From Candidatus Omnitrophota bacterium (GTDB taxonomy: Bacteria > Omnitrophota > Gorgyraeia > JAHJTE01): a DNA stretch of 64,000 nucleotides. Shown one piece after another: positions 9,704 to 22,225 of this stretch. The translations under genes and the position numbers were made by a program. The stretch is taken from assembly GCA_018830005.1 (NCBI GenBank), contig JAHJTE010000001.1:129332-193331 (forward strand), in the 5' to 3' direction. The notes beneath the pieces were generated by a model that saw only the letters and a program-made list of their open reading frames with translations, was not told where the DNA came from and searched no databases. Within the stretch, counting starts at the first letter, position 1. Each line of letters starts with the position of its first letter.

Positions 9704-10727
9704 ATCTAACCCTGCCAAATCAATCAAGGCAATTATTCTTTTCTCAGGAGGGCTTGATAGCACCTTGGCTGCTCATCTTGCCAAGCAACAGGGACTAAAA
9801 CTAGAGGCATTAAAATTTGTCAGTCCATTTTGCATGTGCAATAAAAAAGGTGGCTGTAGTAATCATGACTCGCCGAGTACCCTTAAGAGTTTGGGCATAG
9901 AATTAAAAACCATAGACAATACGAACGAGATGTTAGAATGCGTCAGGAAACCTAAACATGGCTATGGTTCAGGATTAAATCCCTGTATTGATTGCCGCAT
10001 TCTTATGTTAAAGAAAACTAAAGAATATATGCTAAAGATAGAGGCATCTTTTGTAATTACAGGTGAGGTCTTAGGACAAAGGCCAATGTCTCAGAGGCGA
10101 CATATCTTGCAATTAGTCGAAAAAGAATCAGGATTAGACGGTTTAATCGTAAGACCGCTTTGCGCACAATCACTGGAAGAAACTATTCCAGAGAAAAAAA
10201 ATTGGATAGATAGAGGAAGGCTTCTCAACATTGTTGGCAGAGGTAGAAAAGAACAAATCGCAATTGCTAAGAAATTAGGTATCAATGATTATCCTTGTCC
10301 TGCTGGTGGATGTTTACTTACTGATCCTAATTTCTGCAGAAGGCTTAAAGATTTGATGAATTATAAGCCTGATTTTAGTTTAAATGATATATTACTGCTT
10401 AAGCTGGGTAGACATTTTAGATTAAATCAGGACTCTAGGCTGATTGTAGGCAGGAATGAAAAGGAAAATAATGCGCTTCTCAAACTGGTCAAGGATGATG
10501 ATTTGATGATTACACCTGAAGAAACAATAGCCGGTCCAACAGCCTTAGGCATAGGCAGATTTAACACTCAACAGAGGCAATTAGCATGTTCCATAGTAAG
10601 TCGCTATTGCGATAAAGGAGTGGCTTCTAGGGTGAGAATAGACATAGAAGATAGAAGGACTCGAAAGAAAGAGTACTTTGATAGCCCGCCTATATCTAGC
10701 GAGAGCTTATCCAGTTTAATAATATAA
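9684..10727 (+). CDS. PP-loop ATP pyrophosphatase, ThiI-like tRNA sulfurtransferase lacking THUMP domain
   Basis: SGGLDST PP-loop. CIDCRILM...FVITGEVLGQRPMSQRRHIL...LIVRPL matches the ThiI catalytic core pattern. ~100-aa C-terminal extension of unknown function. Confidence 0.5.
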   Translation: MCAELTKSNPAKSIKAIILFSGGLDSTLAAHLAKQQGLKLEALKFVSPFCMCNKKGGCSNHDSPSTLKSLGIELKTIDNTNEMLECVRKPKHGYGSGLNPCIDCRILMLKKTKEYMLKIEASFVITGEVLGQRPMSQRRHILQLVEKESGLDGLIVRPLCAQSLEETIPEKKNWIDRGRLLNIVGRGRKEQIAIAKKLGINDYPCPAGGCLLTDPNFCRRLKDLMNYKPDFSLNDILLLKLGRHFRLNQDSRLIVGRNEKENNALLKLVKDDDLMITPEETIAGPTALGIGRFNTQQRQLACSIVSRYCDKGVASRVRIDIEDRRTRKKEYFDSPPISSESLSSLII

Positions 10728-10750
10728 ATTCTTTCTGGAAATGATTTAAC

Positions 10751-10779
10751 TTGACAGCTTTTTTATTTTCATATATACT
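10751..10779 (+). promoter_or_regulatory. sigma70-like promoter (TTGACA-17-TATACT) for the Rrf2 regulator gene
   Basis: TTGACA at 10751-10756, 17-nt spacer, TATACT at 10774-10779, ~35 nt upstream of the ATG at 10815. Confidence 0.5.
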
Positions 10780-10814
10780 CTACTTAGTTGATAGGGATTA
10801 TAGAAAAGGAGATA

Positions 10815-11270
10815 CTCATGCATATTAGTTATAAAGGTGATTATGCTTTAAAGTCAATGCTGGAGTTGGCCATACGTTTTCCTGACACAACAACAACCAT
10901 TACAGAGTTAGCCAAAGGGGCGGATATTCCTTTTAAGTTTTTAGAACAAGTCCTCTTAGATTTGAAACGTGCAGGGTTCTTAGAGAGTAGGCGCGGTACG
11001 CATGGAGGATATCGCCTTGCAAAACATCCGGCAAAGATTACTTTAGGTGAAGTTGTGAGGTTTATCGAAGGCCCTATTGAACCTATTGCCTGCGCTGACA
11101 AAAAATCTTTATATAAAGGTTGTAAGGATGTATATAATTGCGTATTTAGAGATATCTGGACTCGTGTAGCCGAAGCTACAGCAGAGATTATAGATACGGT
11201 TACATTTGAAGATTTGGCTAATAGGTTTTTTGCGCGTGCAACAGCTAGTTCACTTGATTATTGTATATAG
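10815..11270 (+). CDS. Rrf2-family transcriptional regulator (IscR-like)
   Basis: N-terminal HTH (YALKSMLELA...ITELAKGADIPFKFLEQVLLDLKRAGFLESRRGTHGGYRLAK) and spaced Cys residues (C...C.....C) typical of Fe-S-binding Rrf2 proteins. Start placed at MHISYK. Confidence 0.8.
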   Translation, partial: LMHISYKGDYALKSMLELAIRFPDTTTTITELAKGADIPFKFLEQVLLDLKRAGFLESRRGTHGGYRLAKHPAKITLGEVVRFIEGPIEPIACADKKSLYKGCKDVYNCVFRDIWTRVAEATAEIIDTVTFEDLANRFFARATASSLDYCI

Positions 11271-11382
11271 GCTTGACAATTAACTCAAGCCGTGTTGTAA
11301 TTGTTTGATTGAGAGAGGCTTTTTTCGGTTGTTTCTCTTTATTGTCATATTAATATTCTAATTTGTATAGCGGAGGTTTATA

Positions 11383-11604
11383 ATGCGCGAGAAAGTAGAG
11401 AAGGCACTCGAAAAGATTCGTGTTATGTTAGCCAGCGATGGCGGAAATGTAGAATTAGTTGATATTAGTGATGATGCAGTTGTAAAGGTACGTCTTAAGG
11501 GCGCTTGTTCAGGATGTCCCATGTCTAGCATGACATTGAAAAATGGTATAGAACGCATGCTAAAGCAGGAAGTTCCTGAGGTTAAGAGCGTAGAGGCTGT
11601 ATAA
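11383..11604 (+). CDS. NifU-like (Nfu C-terminal domain) Fe-S cluster assembly protein
   Basis: GACSGCPMS motif and overall Nfu-domain pattern. Preceded by a TTGACA-17-TGTAAT promoter at ~11274. Confidence 0.8.
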   Translation: MREKVEKALEKIRVMLASDGGNVELVDISDDAVVKVRLKGACSGCPMSSMTLKNGIERMLKQEVPEVKSVEAV

Positions 11605-11614
11605 AAGATTTAGT

Positions 11615-12787
11615 GTGAACGATATGAAAAGAATATATCTTGATTACGCGGCAACAACGCCTACTGACCCGAAGGTAGTCGAAGCGATGAAGCCATTTTT
11701 CTCTGAGCGCTTTGGCAATCCTTCGAGTTTGCATTCTTTTGGCCAGGAGGCAAAACAGGCGATTGAAGAGGCAAGGAGCACTTTAGCGCAATCTCTAGGC
11801 GCAAAGCCAGAGGAGATTATCTTTACTTCTGGCGGCACTGAATCAGATAATATGGCGCTCTTTGGAGTGGTTGAGGCCAAAAAAGACAAAGGTAATCACA
11901 TTATAGTCTCAGCTATAGAACATCATGCTGTGCATGAGCCGGCAAAGCTTCTGGAAAAACGCGACACCAATGTAACTTATATCCCTGTAGATAAAGGAGG
12001 CCTGGTTAATCCGGAGGATGTTAAGAAGGCAATTAGACCTGAGACTATTTTGATTTCCATAATGCATGCGAATAACGAGATCGGCACTGTCCAACCGATA
12101 TCGGAGATTGGCTCTATTGCTAAGGCCAAAGGCATAACCTTTCATTCAGATGCAGTCCAGACAGTCGGACATATCCCTATTAACGTTGATGAGCTGAATG
12201 TTGATTTGCTTTCACTTTCTGCGCACAAATTCTATGGGCCTAAAGGCGTGGGAGCCTTATATGTTAGGAAAGGCACGCGCATAGGGCGTTTTTTACATGG
12301 GGGCGATCAGGAAAAAGGCAAGCGGTCATCAACTCATAATACTACGGGGATTGTTGGTCTGGGAGCGGCTGTAAGGCTTTGCCAACAGAATTTGGCCAGG
12401 GAAGAAAAAGAACAAATTGCATTAAGAGATAAATTAATTAAAGGCATACAGGATAAAATACCTGATTGTCTATTGAATGGTCATGTTACTAAACGGCTGC
12501 CTAATAATGTAAATTTTTCCTTTAAATATGTTGAAGGCGAATCTATTATCTTGAATCTGGATATGTTAGGTATTGCAGTCTCAACTGGATCTGCCTGTAC
12601 ATCTTCAAATCTTGAGGCCTCTCATGTATTGCTTGCCATTGGCCTGTCCCATGAATTAGCGCATGGCTCTTTGAGATTTACACTCGGACGCTGGACTAAA
12701 GAAGAAGAGATAGACTATTGCCTGGAACAATTATCGCCAGTCATTGAAAAGTTGCGTCAGATGTCACCTCTTTATCCGGGAAAATAA
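11615..12787 (+). CDS. cysteine desulfurase (NifS/IscS class V aminotransferase)
   Basis: IYLDYAATTP N-terminus, SAHKFYGPKGVGALY PLP-lysine region, STGSACTS active-site Cys loop. Confidence 0.9.
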   Translation: MNDMKRIYLDYAATTPTDPKVVEAMKPFFSERFGNPSSLHSFGQEAKQAIEEARSTLAQSLGAKPEEIIFTSGGTESDNMALFGVVEAKKDKGNHIIVSAIEHHAVHEPAKLLEKRDTNVTYIPVDKGGLVNPEDVKKAIRPETILISIMHANNEIGTVQPISEIGSIAKAKGITFHSDAVQTVGHIPINVDELNVDLLSLSAHKFYGPKGVGALYVRKGTRIGRFLHGGDQEKGKRSSTHNTTGIVGLGAAVRLCQQNLAREEKEQIALRDKLIKGIQDKIPDCLLNGHVTKRLPNNVNFSFKYVEGESIILNLDMLGIAVSTGSACTSSNLEASHVLLAIGLSHELAHGSLRFTLGRWTKEEEIDYCLEQLSPVIEKLRQMSPLYPGK

Positions 12788-12796
12788 AGATTGGTT

Positions 12797-13570
12797 TTAG
12801 AGGCGCTTTATTAAATCTTGAGCTATTTTCTTGCCGGATAATAACATCCCGCCGAATACTGGTCCCATTCTTGGGCCGCCAAATACTGCATTAGCAGCCA
12901 TACCGCTTACATATAGACCAGGACATACCTCTTTAGAATTCTCTACTGTCATATCTTCAGCTACCTCTGCCCACATCGAACCTTCACCCACGATTTTGCC
13001 TGTTTTTGTATTTAAGCGTATGCCGGATTTTCTCTCGACAATATGCACGACCTCTGATGCATGGCCTGTAGCATCAACTACATATCTTGCTCGCATGGTA
13101 ATTGGGTCTACATGCAGATTAGCCATTTCTACTGAAGTCCAATTTAATACCAGCCCGCAAATGCTATTTTTCCTTATCATTACATCCTCAACGCTCATGA
13201 GGTTAAATATTTTAGCGCCCGCCTTGACTGTTTTTGAGCAAAAGGTTGAGACCGCCTCGATAGAATCTGCCGTGTAATATCCTTTTTGATAAACCCTAGT
13301 CTTAATCCCAAATTCATCAAGGATTTTCTTTGCCTCATTCTGAATTACTATTTCGTTAAACATTATTCCGCCGCCCCACATGCCGCCGCCAACGGATAAT
13401 TTCCTTTCAAAGATAACCACCTTTTTATTTGCCTTGGCTAAATAATAGGCACAGCACATGCCAGCTGGGCCTGCTCCGGCAATAGCCACGTCTACATCAA
13501 GTGCGGCAATAAGTTTTTTATTATAGGTTTCTATTATTGCCTTGGAAATCGTTATTTCATCCAGTTTCAT
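12797..13570 (-). CDS. thi4: thiamine thiazole synthase, Thi4 family
   Basis: Near end-to-end pattern match to archaeal/bacterial Thi4 ([43 protein letters not shown]). The only minus-strand gene in the window. Confidence 0.85.
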   Translation of the reverse strand: MKLDEITISKAIIETYNKKLIAALDVDVAIAGAGPAGMCCAYYLAKANKKVVIFERKLSVGGGMWGGGIMFNEIVIQNEAKKILDEFGIKTRVYQKGYYTADSIEAVSTFCSKTVKAGAKIFNLMSVEDVMIRKNSICGLVLNWTSVEMANLHVDPITMRARYVVDATGHASEVVHIVERKSGIRLNTKTGKIVGEGSMWAEVAEDMTVENSKEVCPGLYVSGMAANAVFGGPRMGPVFGGMLLSGKKIAQDLIKRL

Positions 13571-13616
13571 CTTACCCCCGTTTTTAAAATCATTTTTTCA
13601 ATTTATTTATATCAAT

Positions 13617-13745
13617 AAAAAACCCTTATGCCGAGCATAAGGGTAATTGCAGAATCTTTCCTCCGCTGGCATTATCCAGATCAGGTTCTTCGGGTAATCT
13701 GCTAACGTAAGCAGAACTCTCAGATCGCTTCACGACCTCCCCATA
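13617..13745 (-). promoter_or_regulatory. TPP (THI-box) riboswitch aptamer with downstream intrinsic terminator, in the thi4 5' leader
   Basis: Minus-strand sequence ...GGGGAGGUCGUGAAGCGAUCUGAGAG...UACCCGAAGAACCUGAUCUGGAUAAUGCCAGCGGAGGAAAG matches the THI-box core (CUGAGA; ACCUGAUCUGGAUAAUGCCAGCG). It is followed by hairpin CCCUUAUG-CUCGG-CAUAAGGG plus UUUUUU at 13643-13617, ~45 nt before the thi4 ATG. Confidence 0.8.
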
Positions 13746-13871
13746 TTTAATTGCAATCTTAGTAAAACATATCAGAGGCTCTTTGTCAAGAATTTTAGAA
13801 CCGGAAAGCTTTTATCTTGCTTTGTTAGGAGTTTAGTCTTAAAATACTTCTGTATCTTTGCTATATATACC

Positions 13872-14855
13872 TTGCTACCTCTGTTAAAAACCATGAACGA
13901 GAAGATTCTAGAACACTTACGTAAATCCGATTCTTATATTTCTGGCGAAGAACTAAGCCATAAATTAAAGATTAGCCGTGCCGCAGTTTGGAAAAATATC
14001 CATACACTTATTGACGAAGGCTATGAGATTGTTGCAGTGCCTCACCTTGGTTACAGGCTGGAAAAGCTCACTCCCAAACTTCTTCCCAGGGAGATTAAGT
14101 ATAATCTTAATACTCAATTTATAGGGAAAAATATTTTTTATTTTGATTCACTTTCTTCCACTATGGATAAAGCAATGCAGCTTACTTTGGATGCTGCGCA
14201 AAATGGCACTGTTGTCATTGCCGAGTCTCAATCTAAAGGAAGAGGCAGACTCGGAAGGTCTTGGATATCTCCCAAGCACAAAGGCATATATTTTTCATTG
14301 ATTTTAATGCCCAAGATAATTCCCCAACAGGCATCAATCCTAACTATTGTAATTGCTGTTTCTGTTGCTGAAGCGATAAAGCAGACCTGTGGATTGGATC
14401 CTACAATAAAATGGCCAAATGACATTTTACTTGGTGATAGGAAATTAGGCGGTATATTGGTAGAGATGAACGCGGAGATGGACATCATTAAATTTGTGAT
14501 AGTAGGCGTAGGTCTAAACGTCAGTCAGTCCAAGACACAGCTTCCTACGGGGGCAACATCTTTAAAAGTAGAAGGCGCTAAGGAAGTAGAAAGGGTCGTG
14601 ATTTTACAAACGATCCTAAAAAGAATTGAGCAAAATTATTTAAAATTTACTAAGGAAGGCTCAAGTTTCATTATCCAGAAGTGGAGAGATTTTACTTCAA
14701 CGCTACATTCGCGAATTAAGGTAATTTGCCAGAAAGAGCATATCGAAGGAGAGGCAGTAGATATCGATTTAGACGGCGGGCTATTAATCAGGAAGGATTC
14801 CGGCTTTGTCGAAAAGGTTATGGCGGGAGATGTTGTTAGATTGAAGAGATTGTAA
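13872..14855 (+). CDS. birA: bifunctional biotin-[acetyl-CoA-carboxylase] ligase / biotin operon repressor
   Basis: N-terminal winged HTH (ISGEELSHKLKISRAAVWKNIHTLIDEGYEI), BPL catalytic motif QSKGRGRLGRSW, C-terminal SH3-like domain. True start may be the ATG at 13893. Confidence 0.85.
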   Translation: MLPLLKTMNEKILEHLRKSDSYISGEELSHKLKISRAAVWKNIHTLIDEGYEIVAVPHLGYRLEKLTPKLLPREIKYNLNTQFIGKNIFYFDSLSSTMDKAMQLTLDAAQNGTVVIAESQSKGRGRLGRSWISPKHKGIYFSLILMPKIIPQQASILTIVIAVSVAEAIKQTCGLDPTIKWPNDILLGDRKLGGILVEMNAEMDIIKFVIVGVGLNVSQSKTQLPTGATSLKVEGAKEVERVVILQTILKRIEQNYLKFTKEGSSFIIQKWRDFTSTLHSRIKVICQKEHIEGEAVDIDLDGGLLIRKDSGFVEKVMAGDVVRLKRL

Positions 14856-14918
14856 ACCTCAAATTAATATTTAGTTGACAGTTGTTTTGACCCTACTATA
14901 ATTGTAGTAGGGTTTTTT
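14849..14918 (+). promoter_or_regulatory. bioB control region: bioO-like BirA operator half-sites, TTGACA-16-TATAAT promoter and a 9-bp inverted repeat/T-tract (birA terminator) overlapping the -10
   Basis: TTGTAAACC at 14849-14857, 15-nt AT-rich spacer, then AGTTGACAG (6/9 match to GGTTTACAA) overlapping -35 TTGACA (14875-14880). -10 TATAAT at 14897-14902 embedded in palindrome ACCCTACTA/TAGTAGGGT followed by TTTTTTG. Confidence 0.5.
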
Positions 14919-14938
14919 GTTAGGCAAAAGAGGTCATT

Positions 14939-15913
14939 ATGCGCAAATTCATAAAGGTCCTGGCAGAGGAGATTATTGGCGGAAAAGACTTAAGTCTTAA
15001 AGAAGCCGAAGACTTAATCTCTCTTAAAGGGTGCGACCTGCCTCTATTATTAGAGGCAGCAGCTAGAGTTTGCCAGCATTTTCGCGCTAATAAAGTAAAT
15101 TTATGCTCTATTACCAATGCCAAAAGCGGCGCCTGTAGCCAAGACTGCAAGTTTTGCGCACAATCTGCCGCTTATAAGACAGACGTGCCTGTTTATCCTC
15201 TAATAGAGCCGCAAGAGATGTTGCGCAGAGCAGGCCTTGCGCATGAGTCTTTTTCTAAGAGATTTTGTTTTGTTACTAGCGGAGAGAGTCTGGGAGAGGA
15301 TGAATTTGATAAAATTTGTGAGGGACTTCACTTAATCAAATCTAGATTTTCCGATTTAAAACTTGATGCCTCTTTAGGATTTTTAACTCAAGGTAGGGCC
15401 AAGAGGTTAAAGCAAACAGGCCTATCCCGCTATAATCACAATCTAGAAACGTCCTCTGATTATTTTCCTAAAATTTGTAGTACGCATACATACCTCAAGC
15501 GAGTTGAGACTGTTCAAGCGGTGAAAGAAGCAGGTCTTGAGGTCTGTTGCGGCGGTATTTTTGGGTTAGGAGAATCTCAACAAGACAGGCTAAAACTCAG
15601 CCTTGCCTTAAGAGACTTAGAGGTTGATTGTATCCCTTTGAATTTCCTCAATCCCATATCTGCTACACCTCTTGGACATCAGAAAAAGCTAACCTACAAA
15701 GAATGTTTAAAGATTATATCTATTTTTCGTCTCGTCCATCCTAGAAGAGAAATAAAGGTCTGCGGCGGAAGAGAGTCTGTTTTAGGTAACAAACAATCAT
15801 TAATATTTAAGGCTGGCGCTGATAGTATTATCTTCGGTGATTATTTGACTACTAAAGGAAATTCCCCCAATCAAGATTTAGAAATGATCAAGGCTGCGGG
15901 GCTATCAATATGA
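14939..15913 (+). CDS. bioB: biotin synthase
   Basis: Radical SAM CxxxCxxC (CSQDCKFCAQS), YNHNLETS motif, auxiliary-cluster cysteines. Confidence 0.9.
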   Translation: MRKFIKVLAEEIIGGKDLSLKEAEDLISLKGCDLPLLLEAAARVCQHFRANKVNLCSITNAKSGACSQDCKFCAQSAAYKTDVPVYPLIEPQEMLRRAGLAHESFSKRFCFVTSGESLGEDEFDKICEGLHLIKSRFSDLKLDASLGFLTQGRAKRLKQTGLSRYNHNLETSSDYFPKICSTHTYLKRVETVQAVKEAGLEVCCGGIFGLGESQQDRLKLSLALRDLEVDCIPLNFLNPISATPLGHQKKLTYKECLKIISIFRLVHPRREIKVCGGRESVLGNKQSLIFKAGADSIIFGDYLTTKGNSPNQDLEMIKAAGLSI

Positions 15914-17085
15914 GTATTGACAGTTTTGTTTCTAGTGTATTAGAGGAAAGAAAGGATCAGGGACTTTTTAGGACCCTAAAGACATTAGAGGGCGCTCAGG
16001 ATAGGATCGTCTCTTTTAATGGCAAGAAGTTAATTAATTTTTGCTCTAATAATTATCTAGGCCTGGCAAATGATCCACGCCTAAAGCAGGCTGCGATTAA
16101 GGCAGTAGAGGCCTTTGGTACAAGCTCTGCTGCTTCAAGGTTGACTTGTGGCAGTTTCCGGTTGCATAAGGAACTTGAGGAAAAAATCGCTAAATTCAAG
16201 CATAGCCTTAGCGCCTTGGTTTTTAACAGTGGTTATGTTGCAAACCTAGGTCTAATCTCAAGCCTTATACAAAAGCACGGGGTAATTTTTTCTGATAGGT
16301 TAAATCATGCCTCTATTGTAGATGCGATTATATTAAGCCGGGCCCATATAGTTCGTTATAATCACAATGACATGAGTCAGCTGCAGGATCTCCTAGAAAA
16401 ACACAAAGATGCAAAACAGAAATTAATTGTTACTGATACGGTATTTAGTATGGATGGTGATTTGGCTGATTTACACAGAATTGTAAATCTAGCAGAAAAA
16501 TACCATGCCTCTGTCATGGTAGATGAGGCTCATGCTACTGGCGTTTTAGGCCCTAATGGTGGAGGTCTGGTGGAAGAGTTAGGCCTCTCGGATAAAATAG
16601 ATATTCAGATGGGGACATTAAGTAAGGCCTTGGGGAGTTTTGGCGCCTTTGTTTGTGCTGATGAAAATCTAGTCCAATATTTAATAAATGCAAGTCGACC
16701 TTTTATTTATACGACAAGTTTGCCAGCAGCAGTTTTAGCTGCAAGTATTAAGGCAATAGAGATTATCCAAAAAGAGCCGCAGCAACGCCAAAGACTTTGG
16801 GGCAATATAAGGTTTATAAAACAAGGCTTAGCCGATATGGGCTTAGGACCCTTGAATAGCTCATCAGCAATTATTCCCATATTAACCAAAGAAAATGAAC
16901 TTACTATGGAATTTAGTCAAAGGTTATTTGATAGAGGTATATTTATTCAGGGTATTAGACCACCCACTGTTCCTAAGGATCAGGCACGATTAAGGCTAAC
17001 TGTTATTGCCAGTCATACTAGGGAAGATTTAGAGCGCGCCTTAGCGGCGATTAAGAAGACGGCAAAAGAACTTAGGCTGATTTAG
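15910..17085 (+). CDS. bioF: 8-amino-7-oxononanoate synthase
   Basis: PLP-dependent alpha-oxoamine synthase pattern (SNNYLGLA, DEAHATG, TLSKALG). Overlapping start in the bio operon. Confidence 0.85.
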   Translation: MSIDSFVSSVLEERKDQGLFRTLKTLEGAQDRIVSFNGKKLINFCSNNYLGLANDPRLKQAAIKAVEAFGTSSAASRLTCGSFRLHKELEEKIAKFKHSLSALVFNSGYVANLGLISSLIQKHGVIFSDRLNHASIVDAIILSRAHIVRYNHNDMSQLQDLLEKHKDAKQKLIVTDTVFSMDGDLADLHRIVNLAEKYHASVMVDEAHATGVLGPNGGGLVEELGLSDKIDIQMGTLSKALGSFGAFVCADENLVQYLINASRPFIYTTSLPAAVLAASIKAIEIIQKEPQQRQRLWGNIRFIKQGLADMGLGPLNSSSAIIPILTKENELTMEFSQRLFDRGIFIQGIRPPTVPKDQARLRLTVIASHTREDLERALAAIKKTAKELRLI

Positions 17086-19876
<2,791 letters not shown>

Positions 19877-19877
<1 letters not shown>

Positions 19878-20992
19878 TGAAAAATAAACGCGTTGTCGTA
19901 GCTATGAGCGGAGGAGTAGATTCTTCAGTCAGCGCCGCACTTCTTAAGGAGGCTGGCTATGAGGTTATTGGCATTACTATGTGTTTTGGAAAGGCAGTTG
20001 GAGAATCAGGTAAAAGACCCCTCTGTTGTGGCTCGGAAGCGATTGAAGATGCTCGAAAAGTTGCCAATGTACTAAAAATCAAACACTACACTTTAAATTT
20101 CTCCAAAGAGCTGGAAAGGTATGTTATCAGAGATTTCTTAGGAGAATATCTAGCAGGCAGAACTCCAAACCCTTGTGTTCGCTGCAATAGATTTATAAAA
20201 TTTGATGCCTTGTTAAACAAGGCACGTGCCTTAGATGCAGAGTTTTTAGCTACAGGTCATTATGCGCGGTTAGAATGGATGCGAAAAACCAAATGTTATT
20301 TATTAAAGAAAGGCAAGGATAGAAATAAGGACCAGTCTTATTTTCTTTATTCAATAGAGAGAAAAAATTTACCTTTTATTTTGTTTCCGCTCGGCAAATT
20401 AGAAAAGAATCAGGTTAGAGGCTTGGCTAAGAGATTTAAGTTGCCTGTGCATGAGAAGCCGGCAAGTCAGGAGATCTGTTTTGTTCCCAACGCAGATTAC
20501 CGTGGATTTTTGAAAACCAGATTATCTCAGATGAAGAGGAAAATAAAACCAGGACCTATTCTGGATCTAGGAGGCAATCTCTTGGGTCAGCACCAAGGCA
20601 TTGCATTCTATACCATTGGTCAGCGGCAAGGTTTGGGAATAAGTTTCAGAGAGCCTTTGTATATTGTTGATATAAATGCTGCCTCTAACTCTATAACTTT
20701 AGGCAGAGATAAAGATACCTATGCCAAAGGCCTGATTGCCCAAAATCTGAATTTCTTATATCCTGTGAATAAACCAAGGCTTGATTTAAAGGTAAAGATT
20801 CGCTATAATCAGCCAGATGTAAGGGCAAAGGTGAGTCTGTCTGACTTGCCAAATCAAAGAAACACCAGCAATATAACTGCAGAGGTCAAATTCTCCAGGC
20901 CGCTTAGGTCTGTTGCAGCGGGTCAGGCAGTAGTATTTTACAAACGTAACTCAGTAATCGGTGGCGGTGTAATCACAGAGAAGATAAGTTAG
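19877..20992 (+). CDS. mnmA: tRNA 2-thiouridine(34) synthase
   Basis: PP-loop VAMSGGVDSSV, catalytic Cys motifs (NPCVRCN; SQEICF), C-terminal beta-barrel. Confidence 0.9.
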
Positions 20993-21012
20993 CGTAAGGC
21001 TCAAATTAAAAA

Positions 21013-21918
21013 ATGCCGGAGATAACAGAAAAAATCCAAAGATTAAAAAAAGAACACAAGGCAGTAATTCTGGCCCATAATTATCAGCTTCCGGAAACTC
21101 AGGATATTGCTGATTATCGTGGTGATTCCTTAGAGTTAAGTCGTATTGCCTCCCAAACTGATGCCAATATAGTTGTTTTTTGTGGAGTACATTTTATGGC
21201 TGAGACTGCCTCTATACTATGTCCTGACAAAAAAATCATTATGCCTGAGATTAACGCTGGCTGTCCTATGGCGAATATGATTACTGCAGAGGATTTACGA
21301 GAACTTAAAGGAAGGCATCCAAAGGCAATAGTTGTTGGCTATGTAAATACTTCAGCAGAAGTTAAGGCTGAGCTAGATTTTTGCTGTACCTCAACTAATG
21401 CTGTCCAGATCATAAATCATCTAAGAGATCGTGAGGAGATTATATTTGTTCCGGATAAATATCTGGCAGATTTTGTTTCAAAAAGCACAGGTAAGGTATT
21501 AATCGCCTGGGATGGTTATTGTCCTACGCACGTAAAGATTATGCCCGAGGATATAATCCATAGCATACGCCTATATCCTGAAGCTAAGGTTATTGTTCAT
21601 CCTGAGTGTCGTCCTGAGGTTATTGCCCTAGCTGATGCAGCAGTCTCAACCGGTAAGATGTGTAAGTATGTTAAGGATGTAGATGCAAAGGAATTTATCA
21701 TAGGAACAGAAACAGGAATGCTTCATCGTCTAAGTAGCGATAACCCTCAAAAGCGATTTTTCCCTGCCTCAGAACATGCAACTTGTCCTAATATGAAACG
21801 CACTACTTTGGAAAAGGTGCTTTGGTCTTTAGAAGAGTTAAAAGAAGAGGTAAAGGTACCAGAGGAGATTCGCAAGAAGGCAAAAAAGGCGATTGATAAG
21901 ATGCTTGCTATAACTTAA
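21013..21918 (+). CDS. nadA: quinolinate synthase
   Basis: Type II NadA pattern (ILAHNYQ, three cluster Cys in CG/CP contexts: GCPMA, YCPTH, TCPNM). Confidence 0.9.
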   Translation: MPEITEKIQRLKKEHKAVILAHNYQLPETQDIADYRGDSLELSRIASQTDANIVVFCGVHFMAETASILCPDKKIIMPEINAGCPMANMITAEDLRELKGRHPKAIVVGYVNTSAEVKAELDFCCTSTNAVQIINHLRDREEIIFVPDKYLADFVSKSTGKVLIAWDGYCPTHVKIMPEDIIHSIRLYPEAKVIVHPECRPEVIALADAAVSTGKMCKYVKDVDAKEFIIGTETGMLHRLSSDNPQKRFFPASEHATCPNMKRTTLEKVLWSLEELKEEVKVPEEIRKKAKKAIDKMLAIT

Positions 21919-22136
21919 TATAAGACAAGGAGTTATGACAAATAATTTATTTCATTGCCCCTTGTCGTTTAGCGATACCCATGGTATACTTGTGTATAGA
22001 TAATTTGGTAAATTGGTAATTTGGTAAATTTCGCCTTTTGAAAAAGGAAACCTCAGGGAAACCTGAGACACTCAAAGCAAATACCTAAGGCCGACTATTG
22101 AGGCTATGGTGGAAATGCTGCCAGGAGGATAAAGAC

Positions 22137-22172
22137 CCCTTGGCGAGACGAAAAAGCCAAGGGATTTTTTTT
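22137..22172 (+). terminator. rho-independent terminator
   Basis: CCCTTGGC-(11-nt loop)-GCCAAGGG followed by ATTTTTTTT. Confidence 0.6.
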
Positions 22173-22225
22173 GTAGTCTTTCTAAAATGTTTTAAAAAGG
22201 ATAAGAGTCATATTAGGAGGTAGTG

